This document shows positions 32,670 to 41,453 of a stretch of DNA of 64,000 bases, one piece after another (the stretch's first letter is position 1; each line of letters opens with the position of its first letter). The stretch is from the IMG/VR virus record IMGVR_UViG_3300042905_003904, positions 65,223 to 129,222 of that record; one strand, 5' to 3'. Made by a program: the position numbers and the translations under genes. Source of the DNA: a virus. The notes below the pieces were generated by a model, which made no database searches, was not told where the DNA came from, and worked only from the letters and a program-made list of their open reading frames with translations.

Positions 32670-33062
32670 TCATATAATAGAGAAGGAGGCGCGAGACTTA
32701 CGGGTTTCAGAAACAGTTACTTTAGAAACAAACCAACCAACATTTAGACACCAACGATAAAATGCATATGCCATATTTTCTGAAGTGGTTTGTTTGATCA
32801 GTTCTCCAGTTCCTGTTACATCATTGAGTAATTCTGCCGTAATAAATTGATGATCAAATTTGGATTTGATAAGTTCGGCAAAAGGTTCTAACTCCCGAAA
32901 ATCCTTCACCCACTGGTTTGGGAGTAGGTCGTTGGAATTTGTAAATAGTTCAATATCAACAAGATACGAATGGCCATGTAGCTGGGAACATGGATGCGGT
33001 GCCTCTACATTGGTTAATTGATGGGCTGCTTCAAATTCAAATTGCTTGCTGATTGTATACAT
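32670..33062 (-). CDS. queD: 6-carboxy-5,6,7,8-tetrahydropterin synthase
   Basis: FEAAHQL...PCSQLHGHSY...DF...FDH...TSENMA...VSET. Confidence 0.9.
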   Translation of the reverse strand: MYTISKQFEFEAAHQLTNVEAPHPCSQLHGHSYLVDIELFTNSNDLLPNQWVKDFRELEPFAELIKSKFDHQFITAELLNDVTGTGELIKQTTSENMAYAFYRWCLNVGWFVSKVTVSETRKSRASFSII

Positions 33063-33115
33063 ACTCAAGTATTTTACTAGCATTTAAGAGGAATGCCCAA
33101 TACAATTATTGAAAG

Positions 33116-33376
33116 TTAACAGCGGTATGTAGTTGGGAATGGCCAATTAGCCAACCCGTCTGATGGCTTAAATGGTTGGCCGCCATCATGGATATTTAGC
33201 ATTACTCCAGTAGGATCTGGCATACTTGGATCAATCTCGTGCTTGAATACCAAATTCAAATGATTCCTAATCATATCTACTTGGGGAACAGTTAATGATT
33301 GTTTATCATTTTCTATATTGGTGCTGCGAAGTTCAAAATAACCTTGCAACCAATAGCAGAAGTCTCGTGATGTCAT
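33116..33376 (-). CDS. hypothetical phage protein
   Basis: DFCYWLQGYFEL...IRNHLNLVF. Confidence 0.65.
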   Translation of the reverse strand: MTSRDFCYWLQGYFELRSTNIENDKQSLTVPQVDMIRNHLNLVFKHEIDPSMPDPTGVMLNIHDGGQPFKPSDGLANWPFPTTYRC

Positions 33377-33780
33377 ATTTGTTTTAATTCTATATTATGA
33401 AACTTAAAAATCTCTAGGGCACTTTGATCTTTGTCGTAAAGCTCCCGATAGACCACTTTAGGAATATTGTGGGCAGCAATAGCATTAGCACAAGCCGTGC
33501 AGGGTAAAAGAGTGCAAGCCAGCAATTTACATTCCCCTCGCTTGATTAGCGAAAGTAAATTGGTTTCAGCATGGATCATGAACTTTCTGCGTTGATCTCT
33601 ATTCACCCAAAATTCCGGACCTACATTTTTGCCGTGGGATAAACCATTATATGCTACGCCGATGACCCGATTTTCGTGGTCTAGGGCTACTGCTCCTACT
33701 TTTTGATAAATATCTTCACTTCTTTTTGCGGCCACCTCAGCCAACTGCAAAGCATATTCTTCCCAGGTTGGTCTGGTCAC
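33373..33780 (-). CDS. dCMP deaminase
   Basis: RPTWEEY, KVGAV, YNG, HAETN, PCTAC. Confidence 0.9.
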   Translation of the reverse strand: MTRPTWEEYALQLAEVAAKRSEDIYQKVGAVALDHENRVIGVAYNGLSHGKNVGPEFWVNRDQRRKFMIHAETNLLSLIKRGECKLLACTLLPCTACANAIAAHNIPKVVYRELYDKDQSALEIFKFHNIELKQI

Positions 33781-34229
33781 TTCGACCCCTCAACTAGAAA
33801 ACTTAATCCCTGGGTGTATTTTAGAATCTGCTTTGGTGTTGGAGAGTCTGCTAAATTAGCCTTCATATCAGCAATTTTAACCGCCTTGGCCATTACATTT
33901 TCTTTAACCCCCTTAAGATATTCTCCATAAGGTTGGTTCTTTTTCTTGGTAAGAATTTCAACGGCTTCAATGACATCCGCCGGAACCCCATAAACCATCA
34001 AATCATATTTAGAAACAACAGTATCTTCTAAAACATCATGCAACCAGGCCACTGCCTTATAACGAATATTCTCCAAAGAATCAGCCACTGCTTTAGGATG
34101 GACAATATAAGGAGTAATGCCATCATGCCTAAATTGTCCGGCATGGGCGGCTTTGGCAATTACTTCGGCTAAATCCACCAAAGGCAAATTCTTTAGAGCG
34201 TTGACATTCATAATTTTCATCGGCCGCAT
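33777..34229 (-). CDS. HD-domain small alarmone hydrolase (Mesh1/SpoT-HD-like)
   Basis: AHAGQFR...PYIVHP..VA...AWLHDVLED...VEILTK...VKIAD..ANL. Confidence 0.85.
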   Translation of the reverse strand: MRPMKIMNVNALKNLPLVDLAEVIAKAAHAGQFRHDGITPYIVHPKAVADSLENIRYKAVAWLHDVLEDTVVSKYDLMVYGVPADVIEAVEILTKKKNQPYGEYLKGVKENVMAKAVKIADMKANLADSPTPKQILKYTQGLSFLVEGSK

Positions 34230-34389
34230 TTAGGACAAACGGCTCGCCCCACTTGCGTGTAATTGACAGTGGATTTGCATTTTGGGCAAAATCCGCAAAA
34301 GTGGCAAAATTTTCGCCAGTAGTATCTCAAATAATTGCAAAATCGTTGGAATTTCATAACACCAATATATCAGAAATTAGTAGGAAATA

Positions 34390-34785
34390 CTAGTTCCAAA
34401 TATCAAATTGACAAACTTCCAACAACCGTTCTCGGAAGTCTTCGTCATGTAGATCATTGTCCAGTGTATTTAAAAAATTAACTGCAGCATCTAGATACCC
34501 TCGAGCATAAGGTTGCCAAACAGAATCTAAGATAGGAACATACCAATCATCCTGTTGAATATCAGCAGCCATAATAGCTAGTATGGTTTTCTTTTGGATG
34601 GTATCAGTTAGTTCTTCCATATGAGATGGGGATTGGCTTTAATTATATCACACACCAAACGAACAATCTCTGCTGGTTCAAAATGAGTTTTCCAATCCAA
34701 ATCCTCTGCAATAGTATCAATCTTTTTAAGATATAGTTCAGTTACCTTTTCAATATCGATATCTACGTTTATTTGTCTGGACATA
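34390..34785 (-). other. two small hypothetical genes
   Basis: ORFs 34390-34620 and 34608-~34785, translationally coupled. Confidence 0.5.
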
Positions 34786-35379
34786 TTAATTCTTCTTATG
34801 GATGAAGGGCTCCCACTCAGGGATACCATAATGGTTCTGGATGAAATGGGACGCTGGCAGGGCTTTGGGCTCCTGAGGAATGCGAGCCAGGTTCATTCCT
34901 GCTTCTTTTGGAGTGCGATCTCGCTTCATCGAGTTGCACGGAATGCAGGAGCAAACCAGATTCTTCCAGGAACTTGCACCCCCTTGTGCCCTAGGAACCA
35001 CATGATCCAGATTCATCTTTCGCTTAGAGGAGCCCTTGCCGCAATATTGGCAGGTGTCTTTGTCTCTTTTGCGGATAGCCGCAGAAGTAAGACGCGGCTT
35101 CCGAATAGGAACCTTGTCATACTTAGCGAGAATGATTACTCGAGGAACCTTGATTTTAGCATGGACAGTATTGACGAAAATGTCATCCTCCTTTAATTCC
35201 AGCTTCTGCCATTCCTCCCACTTCATAGGAATCATCACATCTTCTCCTTGAATATCCAGTGCCGTTGCCACCCCAGCATAAATCATGCTAAGGGCCTTGG
35301 CTGGAGACATAGCATGGATAGCTTGCCATCCTTTGTTTAGGACTAAGACTGTGTTATTATTGAGTTCAGTGGGATTCAT
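34786..35379 (-). CDS. HNH endonuclease
   Basis: VLVLN, RDKDTCQYCG...NLDHVVPRAQGG...NLVCSCIPCN. Confidence 0.9.
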   Translation of the reverse strand: MNPTELNNNTVLVLNKGWQAIHAMSPAKALSMIYAGVATALDIQGEDVMIPMKWEEWQKLELKEDDIFVNTVHAKIKVPRVIILAKYDKVPIRKPRLTSAAIRKRDKDTCQYCGKGSSKRKMNLDHVVPRAQGGASSWKNLVCSCIPCNSMKRDRTPKEAGMNLARIPQEPKALPASHFIQNHYGIPEWEPFIHKKN

Positions 35380-35456
35380 TGCCTATAATTTAGTCTGAAT
35401 TACGTGGAAAGGAAATATTATTCTGGTTCGCCCGAAGAATCGTGACTCTTTTCATA

Positions 35457-35963
35457 TTACGGATAATGATTATTGTCCTTATTTTCCCAATACAGGTCTC
35501 GCTCAAACACAACTCCCTCGATTGGAGTATCAGAACAAGTTACTACTAGGAGAGCATCTGGCCTGAAATAGAAACGCTGTAGGATCTTCACAGTAGATCC
35601 GTAACCAAAGGGAACATCATAATGCCGAACAGCAATAACAGCCAATTCTCCATACTTTTCCGAAAGAGGAACATATGGATTATATGGAACCCACTTCCTT
35701 TCAAATTCCCAGAAATCTGACAAATCATACATTGTGGCGTGCATTTCGTCGCCAGACATCCAAATCCTCGGATCTCCATAATCCCGGATTACTTGCCTGT
35801 AGCGGCTGGTGGCAGGTTCTGAAGTTTTCGTGATACCAGTGCCTCCATTAGTCCAATGTTCAGGCCACCCGGGGCATAGGCCGCCTACCAAGGCCGCCAC
35901 GGACCTGCATGTGCGATGTTTGCTGGCGCCGTGCTCTTTAATTAGTTGATCGATGATATTCAT
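35457..35963 (-). CDS. hypothetical protein
   Basis: 168-aa ORF. Confidence 0.55.
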   Translation of the reverse strand: MNIIDQLIKEHGASKHRTCRSVAALVGGLCPGWPEHWTNGGTGITKTSEPATSRYRQVIRDYGDPRIWMSGDEMHATMYDLSDFWEFERKWVPYNPYVPLSEKYGELAVIAVRHYDVPFGYGSTVKILQRFYFRPDALLVVTCSDTPIEGVVFERDLYWENKDNNHYP

Positions 35964-35967
35964 ATTT

Positions 35968-36516
35968 TTATTCTAGTGTTGTGATGTATTTAAGATTACG
36001 ATATTTTTCTTGGAAATCCAAGCCAAATCCAACAACAAACAAATCAGGAATCTTAAAACCAACCCAATCTATTTGCGCTTCGGCTTTTCTTGGGACGTCC
36101 TTTTCCAGAAGAACCACGGTTTTAACTTCCGCTGCTTTACCCTTCAGATCATTTTGGATAGCAGAAAGCGTTTGTCCTGTGTCGTGAATGTCATCGATTA
36201 ACAGCACCCGCCGATTTTTACATTTGTGGAGAACCATCGAATCATAATGAATTGCTCCACTACTATACCTTTCTCCATTATAACTAGAAACATTAAACGG
36301 ACAAATCTCCAAATCTTGAGGAATCCAAAGAGTCAATTCAGAGGCAAAATACATAGCCCCCTTCATTAAGATTAGGGCCAAGATAGCGGAATCAGACGGA
36401 TTGGTTCGGTAGTAGGTGTCAATCTCATGAGCTAATTCCCCAATACGGGAATGAATCCGACTGTGTGGATATAGGGGTGGTAAAACTAAATCAGTGTTAT
36501 TCATAATAAACCCCAC
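35968..36516 (-). CDS. hpt: hypoxanthine-guanine phosphoribosyltransferase
   Basis: LMKGA, VSSY, VLLIDDIHDTGQTL, LLEK, FVVGFGLD..EKYRNL. Confidence 0.9.
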   Translation of the reverse strand: MGFIMNNTDLVLPPLYPHSRIHSRIGELAHEIDTYYRTNPSDSAILALILMKGAMYFASELTLWIPQDLEICPFNVSSYNGERYSSGAIHYDSMVLHKCKNRRVLLIDDIHDTGQTLSAIQNDLKGKAAEVKTVVLLEKDVPRKAEAQIDWVGFKIPDLFVVGFGLDFQEKYRNLKYITTLE

Positions 36517-36898
36517 GAACGACTGTAGACGGCGGCCAAACTACTCCACTATAAGGACCATATTCTTCGTTTTTCATCCCCTTCTCCAATTCCTTAAACA
36601 AGGCTTCTTCTGTTTCTTCTTGAGAACCAAACCCCTGACTATAGGACAGAGAGTGTCCATATTTATCAAACAAATGATAACACCACGGACCAACGCTAAT
36701 GGTTCTTATTGCAGAAACTTTTTGTTGTTCTGGAATCCTCGGTTCACCTTTCCAACCACAACTTTCCTCCCAATCATCCTCAGAGTTACAATGTTGTTGC
36801 AATTTGCGGCCATTGGTCCAGCAATCTACAAGATCCTCAGAACCGCATTTTGGACATTTTTCAAATTTCATATTTAAATCCGCGCAAAGACGTGCCAA
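36497..36898 (-). CDS. hypothetical Zn-ribbon protein
   Basis: KCPKCGS...C...CGW. Confidence 0.55.
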   Translation of the reverse strand: MARLCADLNMKFEKCPKCGSEDLVDCWTNGRKLQQHCNSEDDWEESCGWKGEPRIPEQQKVSAIRTISVGPWCYHLFDKYGHSLSYSQGFGSQEETEEALFKELEKGMKNEEYGPYSGVVWPPSTVVRGVYYE

Positions 36899-37161
36899 AC
36901 CAACGGATTATTTGGGTCTTGAGCTGTGGAAATATAATAACGATCTGAGTTTAGTGTCAATTCGGGAATTGGATTTCCTGTTCCTAAAATTTCAATATCC
37001 ACAGTTCGGGTAAACTCTCCAGGTTCTACCAACATCCACAAAACCAATTGTCCATTTTGAAATTGGGCGGATAATAGTTCTGCATGACCCTTTTCTTGAG
37101 CAGGGTATGATATAGTTTGAAGATCTGTAATTCTGAGTGGAAACTTATAAATGGTTTGCAT
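36874..37161 (-). CDS. hypothetical phage protein
   Basis: TIYKFPL...LSAQFQ...LW...GTG...YISTAQ...LVWHVF. Confidence 0.7.
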   Translation of the reverse strand: MQTIYKFPLRITDLQTISYPAQEKGHAELLSAQFQNGQLVLWMLVEPGEFTRTVDIEILGTGNPIPELTLNSDRYYISTAQDPNNPLVWHVFARI

Positions 37162-37207
37162 GGTGATATAGTAGTCAAAAATTGCAGGAATTACCAGAAA
37201 GGAAAAT

Positions 37208-37332
37208 TAGTCAACCTTTGTATAGAAAGTAGCTGCACCTTTCTTCCGACATCATTCCTTACTACGTCTGGGCGATGTTTCAGCCAATTCGGGAAATTAG
37301 GTTTCTGCGGAGTCAGTAGATATTCTCGACTA
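37208..37332 (-). ncRNA. candidate structured RNA (~125 nt)
   Basis: Non-coding, closed by TAGTCGA/TTGACTA; follows the tRNA-like element. Confidence 0.3.
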
Positions 37333-37339
37333 AAAGAGG

Positions 37340-37507
37340 CTCCAGCAACTGGATTTACACCAATATTCATCAAAACATAGCCACTTTAAAGAGTTCTTGG
37401 AGTATCTCGCATTTAAGTCCAATCTTCTCTGTGGTTATTTTGATTACTTTCTCGGAGGAAGTCCTGCGATGGACTATCTGAGCGCGCCTATTTTTCGCTA
37501 TGCTGGG
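37340..37507 (-). ncRNA. 168-nt tRNA-like RNA with enlarged central domain
   Basis: Acceptor CCCAGCA/TGCTGGA, D-arm GCG..CGC, T-arm ATTGG-TGTAAAT-CCAGT, about 115 nt of hairpins between. Confidence 0.6.
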
Positions 37508-37528
37508 ATTTGAAATTATTAAAACAGC

Positions 37529-37829
37529 TGTAAGATTGGCCGAACATGCCAAGTTCGGAATACCTCGTTAAGTTCATCTATTCGGCCACATTCGAAATAT
37601 TCTGATCAGGAATACTTCTTTCCTTTCGGAAGAATGAGAGGACTGGTTACCTCCAAGGGTTCATCTACTGGTCATGTTTGAGCTACCAAACCCACAGCGC
37701 TTATTCCGCAACCTAGATTGTCTACGGAACTCCTTCTGCCTTGATGTCACTTATTGATGTATACCACAGAGTCTAGATCTGTGTGCGTTACCTCCGTAAG
37801 AACGAGGACCTTCCGCCACCAATTTTACA
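37529..37829 (-). ncRNA. candidate ~300-nt structured RNA
   Basis: Terminal stem TGTAAAATTGGT/GCCAATCTTACA and nested GGAAGGTCCTCGTT/AACGAGGTATTCC helix. Confidence 0.55.
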
Positions 37830-37879
37830 AATGTCTTAAAGAACTATAAACATCTTATATTATGTTTTCGGGAAAGCCA

Positions 37880-38491
37880 CTAGGGAAGTTTTCCGCCACC
37901 AAATTTATCTCGCATGTCCCCGTCTGCAGAGGACATATATGGTTTCTTAACCATCGTATCTGCTACCCCTTTTACGATTTCTGTATAATTTGGAACCACC
38001 CCAAAAGGACTTCCTGGGAATAGGGACTGCCATAAACGCTTACATCCTTCTATGGACCACGTTGGTTCTTCTTTATCCCCGGTAAATTGTTCTTCTAATT
38101 TCAAATTCCAAGGATGAGAAGGTTCGCCTCGTTTCTGGTGGGAAGGACGCCAACCAGCTTCTTCCCGCACATAATGGTCTACAAAACATTGATACGAACT
38201 ACCCCGAACACAATACGGATATGTTTCCAAACAAACCACATCTTTATCTGCCGCCGATTTAAATTCAATACAACCCACATCTCTTTTATGAATAAACAAT
38301 TGATTGGATTCTATGTCACCTGAAAGATTATTGTCTCTTTTTAATATCTCCAAAGTCTTATTTGCCAATATTTGGGTGGAACGAGAATTATGTCCAATGA
38401 CAAATACGTTCCAACCATCTAAAGCAGCTCCAATGGCTTGTTTCAACATTCGAGTGGTTCTACCTGTTTGGCGATTAGTATCGTAGTGCAT
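37880..38491 (-). CDS. hypothetical protein with degenerate P-loop
   Basis: RQTGRTTRML...FVDH. Confidence 0.6.
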   Translation of the reverse strand: MHYDTNRQTGRTTRMLKQAIGAALDGWNVFVIGHNSRSTQILANKTLEILKRDNNLSGDIESNQLFIHKRDVGCIEFKSAADKDVVCLETYPYCVRGSSYQCFVDHYVREEAGWRPSHQKRGEPSHPWNLKLEEQFTGDKEEPTWSIEGCKRLWQSLFPGSPFGVVPNYTEIVKGVADTMVKKPYMSSADGDMRDKFGGGKLP

Positions 38492-38522
38492 GATTAAATG
38501 ATATAGGGGTTTGCAAAAAGTT

Positions 38523-38744
38523 CTACGGATTGTTTGAAATTAAATTCAAAGTTCGATCTTCCCAACCATAATAACTGCACCATTGCCCTGGTTTGTCTTC
38601 TGGATCTAAAATGATCTGAAAGAGATTACTCCTTTGAACGATGCTGTGAACCACTTGAGGAACAGCGGGTTCCTTTTCCAGTTTTTTCAAGAGAAGGGTG
38701 TCTCCGGGTTTAACTTGGTCATACCTAATAGGGGTAGTGTTCAT
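38523..38744 (-). CDS. hypothetical protein
   Basis: 73-aa ORF. Confidence 0.5.
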   Translation of the reverse strand: MNTTPIRYDQVKPGDTLLLKKLEKEPAVPQVVHSIVQRSNLFQIILDPEDKPGQWCSYYGWEDRTLNLISNNP

Positions 38745-38764
38745 GTGATGTAGTAGTTGTAAAG

Positions 38765-38858
38765 TGGCGACCAGCTAAGGTGTCGATCCCTAACCCAAGT
38801 CTTAGTTGGGTCCACCTCGCTTCAAACGAGAGGTCATCGCCGGATGACTTAACTGGCC
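38765..38858 (-). tRNA. tRNA-Ser(TGA), 8/4 type
   Basis: GGCCAGTT/AGCTGGTC, loop TTTGAAG, long V-arm, G73, CCA. Confidence 0.85.
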
Positions 38859-39169
38859 TTTAAAAGTTCTGGATTTTCGTTAATGTTGCCAATTATATCC
38901 ATAGGACGAATAAACCCGCAATGATCTGTTAGTAAAATTCGAGCACGATGGTTAATGCCGAAGCTACCTTGCATGTAGACCACTAACCCCACAACATCAA
39001 ATCCTATATCTTTAGTAGCTACAATATCACCTTCGAATATTTCATTTTTGGTTAAATCAAAAATTGCAGTGCCTTCCTCGAACACCAAAGTAGGATCCTC
39101 AAAAGAATATATTCCTTTCAATGGAATATACTTCTTTAAAATTTTGTCATAGACTCGAATATTTCTCAT
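38849..39169 (-). CDS. YopX-family protein
   Basis: EIFEGDIV...IIGNINENPELL; stop lies inside the tRNA-Ser 5' end. Confidence 0.8.
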   Translation of the reverse strand: MRNIRVYDKILKKYIPLKGIYSFEDPTLVFEEGTAIFDLTKNEIFEGDIVATKDIGFDVVGLVVYMQGSFGINHRARILLTDHCGFIRPMDIIGNINENPELLKAS

Positions 39170-39170
39170 A

Positions 39171-39365
39171 TTACCACCCAATAGATTTACTGGCACTGAC
39201 CCATGCAGCAGAATCAGCATCTCGTTTAGCATACATTACTTTGGCATAATAGTCACCCACCTCTCCTTGAAACATTTCATCCCCAACTACAGCATGTCTC
39301 CATTTGGAAAGCAGTTCATATAGGCTCATATTATCAATGATTGGTTTCGCGGTTTCTAATGTCAT
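39171..39365 (-). CDS. hypothetical protein
   Basis: IDNMSLYELLSKWRHA..GDEMFQGEVGDY...SKSIGW. Confidence 0.65.
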   Translation of the reverse strand: MTLETAKPIIDNMSLYELLSKWRHAVVGDEMFQGEVGDYYAKVMYAKRDADSAAWVSASKSIGW

Positions 39366-39391
39366 AAAAGAAGTTTCCTGTATTTTATGAG

Positions 39392-39443
39392 GAAAAACAA
39401 GTCCGGATTACTGATGCTCCAAATGGTAGGATCAGTAATCCGG
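39392..39443 (-). terminator. 13-bp hairpin with downstream U-rich tract, probable terminator
   Basis: CCGGATTACTGAT/ATCAGTAATCCGG (39403-39443), then ACTTGTTTTT on minus. Confidence 0.5.
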
Positions 39444-39505
39444 TTGTGGTAAGGCTTGACCCTTCCCAGAGTTCTCGAGCTGATGGGGTCTTTTAACGAG
39501 AATCC

Positions 39506-40219
39506 TTACGACAAATTACTTAGTTCGCTCCAGACCTGAAAGAGCCGACTTTTTAAAAGTTTTAGGTGCTTCGGCGATTCTAAACAAGCCACCAAGAAAT
39601 TTTTATCATCTATAATCCATTTTGGCAAAGATTTGATGGTTCTCTTTAAAGGGGTTCGAATGAACTGTTCCAAGTCCTTTAGAAACAGTGTTTTTTGCTT
39701 GGACCATTGCGCGTCCGAGCGTTGAACCTCTAAAGTGGACGTTCTGACGCGTTTAAGATGGTTAATAAGATGGAAACGAAGAGTTCCTAAATGAGCCTCA
39801 AACTCTGCTGGTTCTAAGAAGTAATCTTTACGATAGGCTAAACCCCCAGCCTTAATAGTGGTAATTGCATCATCATAAGTTGCTGAGGTGTCCTTATAAT
39901 GCTGAACTCCATGCCAAACTTCATGCACTAGAAACTTTTCTAGATTAGCCGCATTTAAATTTTGAATCCCTTTCCAGTAAAGGACAATTTGTTTTCCGGT
40001 CCATTCCCCAACAGCCGAAATGTCTTCAGGACTAAGAACTAGGGGGATATTTTTAACTCGGTTGGTTTCCCTATTAACCACTGAAATAGAACCCAAAGAA
40101 GTTTTCTTGGTGGGTGGTTCTTGAATTTGAGACAGCTTACGACTAAACTGATGAATTTGAGAAAGAGTCTCTTCTGGAAGATCCTTGAAGGATTCTGAGA
40201 AGAAGGTTTGAAAATTCAT
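39506..40219 (-). CDS. putative zincin metallopeptidase
   Basis: LVHEVWHGVQH...YFLEPAEFEAH; TATAAATA upstream. Confidence 0.65.
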   Translation of the reverse strand: MNFQTFFSESFKDLPEETLSQIHQFSRKLSQIQEPPTKKTSLGSISVVNRETNRVKNIPLVLSPEDISAVGEWTGKQIVLYWKGIQNLNAANLEKFLVHEVWHGVQHYKDTSATYDDAITTIKAGGLAYRKDYFLEPAEFEAHLGTLRFHLINHLKRVRTSTLEVQRSDAQWSKQKTLFLKDLEQFIRTPLKRTIKSLPKWIIDDKNFLVACLESPKHLKLLKSRLFQVWSELSNLS

Positions 40220-40243
40220 ATGATGTAGTATTTATAGAGAAAA

Positions 40244-40318
40244 TGGTAACCCTACCCAAAATTGCATTGGGACTTAATCCTTAGGAGGGAATCGTGATGT
40301 CTATTTCACTATAGGGTT
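40244..40318 (-). tRNA. tRNA-Arg(CCT)
   Basis: AACCCTA/TAGGGTT, loop CTCCTAA, CCA. Confidence 0.85.
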
Positions 40319-40327
40319 ATTAAAGAG

Positions 40328-40399
40328 TGTTCCATCCAGGAATTGCACCTGGAATAAGATTTCCGCAAAATCTCGTGATGTCTATTTCACTAATGGAAC
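40328..40399 (-). tRNA. tRNA-Arg(GCG)
   Basis: GTTCCAT/ATGGAAC, loop TTGCGGA, no encoded CCA. Confidence 0.85.
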
Positions 40400-40404
40400 T
40401 AAAA

Positions 40405-40485
40405 TGGTATTCGCGATAGGGGTCGAACCTATATATTATCCAGTTAACCTTTTTACTCGTTAGAAGCGAGAGGGTATACGCGAAC
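40405..40485 (-). tRNA. atypical tRNA-Arg(TCT), no D-arm in the normal position
   Basis: GTTCGCG/CGCGAAT, loop CTTCTAA, T-loop TTCGACC, CCA. Confidence 0.75.
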
Positions 40486-40491
40486 ATTAAA

Positions 40492-40567
40492 TGGAAATCC
40501 GGGTGATATTTGCAATCACTATTAGCTATTTTGCAGATAGCCACCGATCTACTTTGGCTTCCGGATT
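40492..40567 (-). tRNA. tRNA-Cys(GCA)
   Basis: AATCCGG/CCGGATT, loop CTGCAAA, U73, CCA. Confidence 0.85.
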
Positions 40568-40572
40568 ATAAA

Positions 40573-40668
40573 TGGCAGTGAGCAGAGTATTTGCAACCCA
40601 ACCCAAGTCTTAGTTGGATCCACATACTTTCCAGGTATGGCCGATATCGCTGGTTCGGTTTACTCACT
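40573..40668 (-). tRNA. tRNA-Ser(GGA), 8/4 type
   Basis: AGTGAGTA/TGCTCACT, loop CTGGAAA, long V-arm, G73, CCA. Confidence 0.85.
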
Positions 40669-40675
40669 ATTAAAT

Positions 40676-40750
40676 TGGTCCCAATATCCGGACATGCACC
40701 GGCTTCACAGACTTATGAAATCTGGGTTTTACTATATAAACTATACTGGG
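40676..40750 (-). tRNA. tRNA-Met or Ile2 (CAT)
   Basis: CCCAGTA/TATTGGG, loop TTCATAA, CCA. Confidence 0.8.
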
Positions 40751-40761
40751 TCTTAAAATTG

Positions 40762-41229
40762 TCAATCTTGATATTCAATGATATAAGTGGAATTTCGGGT
40801 GTGAATTAAGGTTTTTTCTTCGTTCGTGCTCATAATACTAGAAGAACAGAAGTGACCGTGATCTAATACGATAGCGCCACCAACTTTTAGTGGGGAGGTT
40901 AATTTGCCTTTGTGTATACTTTTTACACCCAATTTAATTACTCGAACTCTTTTATCCCAAACTTCTCCCTTCAGATTCAAAGTGGTAACCATACCACCCA
41001 TGGAGATATTCCTGCCGTGATAATATTCAATTTCCTCCGGATTCAAATCTCGAGTGGTTGCTTTGGGAAAACGAACATCTATAAACCCTATCCCATAAAC
41101 CCAGGCACCATAAAAGTTTTCTTCGTCCTCTTTATAGACACTGCAAATATCTGGAGTGTCATTACTAATGTCACCAAGACCATGAAACGCTTTGGTGGCG
41201 AGTTTGTAAATGGATTTGAATTCTTTCAT
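40762..41229 (-). CDS. hypothetical protein within the tRNA array
   Basis: 155-aa ORF ending TRNSTY. Confidence 0.65.
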   Translation of the reverse strand: MKEFKSIYKLATKAFHGLGDISNDTPDICSVYKEDEENFYGAWVYGIGFIDVRFPKATTRDLNPEEIEYYHGRNISMGGMVTTLNLKGEVWDKRVRVIKLGVKSIHKGKLTSPLKVGGAIVLDHGHFCSSSIMSTNEEKTLIHTRNSTYIIEYQD

Positions 41230-41277
41230 GTTTCTATATTAGAATGGATTTGAAGGAAAGACCAGAAAAAGAAAGAG

Positions 41278-41368
41278 AGGTTCGCTAAGCTGCCGCCGCT
41301 TAACCCAAGTCTTAGTTGGATCCAGGAATTTAGCAAATTCCGTTCATCACTGGATGAATTAACGAACC
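41278..41368 (-). tRNA. tRNA-Ser(GCT), 8/4 type
   Basis: GGTTCGTT/AGCGAACC, loop TTGCTAA, long V-arm, no CCA. Confidence 0.85.
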
Positions 41369-41375
41369 ATGAAAG

Positions 41376-41449
41376 TGGGGCCGAGAACCAAAATTGCATT
41401 GGTATCATCTATATTACGAGTATAGGGTTTTGCATTAAACTATCTCGGC
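41376..41449 (-). tRNA. tRNA-Thr(CGT)
   Basis: GCCGAGA/TCTCGGC, loop CTCGTAA, CCA. Confidence 0.85.
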
Positions 41450-41453
41450 ATGG

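Noticed and set aside
34786-35379. Mobile intron-encoded homing endonuclease
   Set aside because: Free-standing and flanked by intact genes; no intron structure seen
38765-38858. tRNA-Sec
   Set aside because: Anticodon reads TGA (Ser), not TCA, and the body matches the other Ser tRNAs
38792-41320. Repeated AACCCAAGTCTTAGTTGG as a CRISPR repeat or att site
   Set aside because: The three copies are kilobases apart and each is the variable arm of a tRNA-Ser
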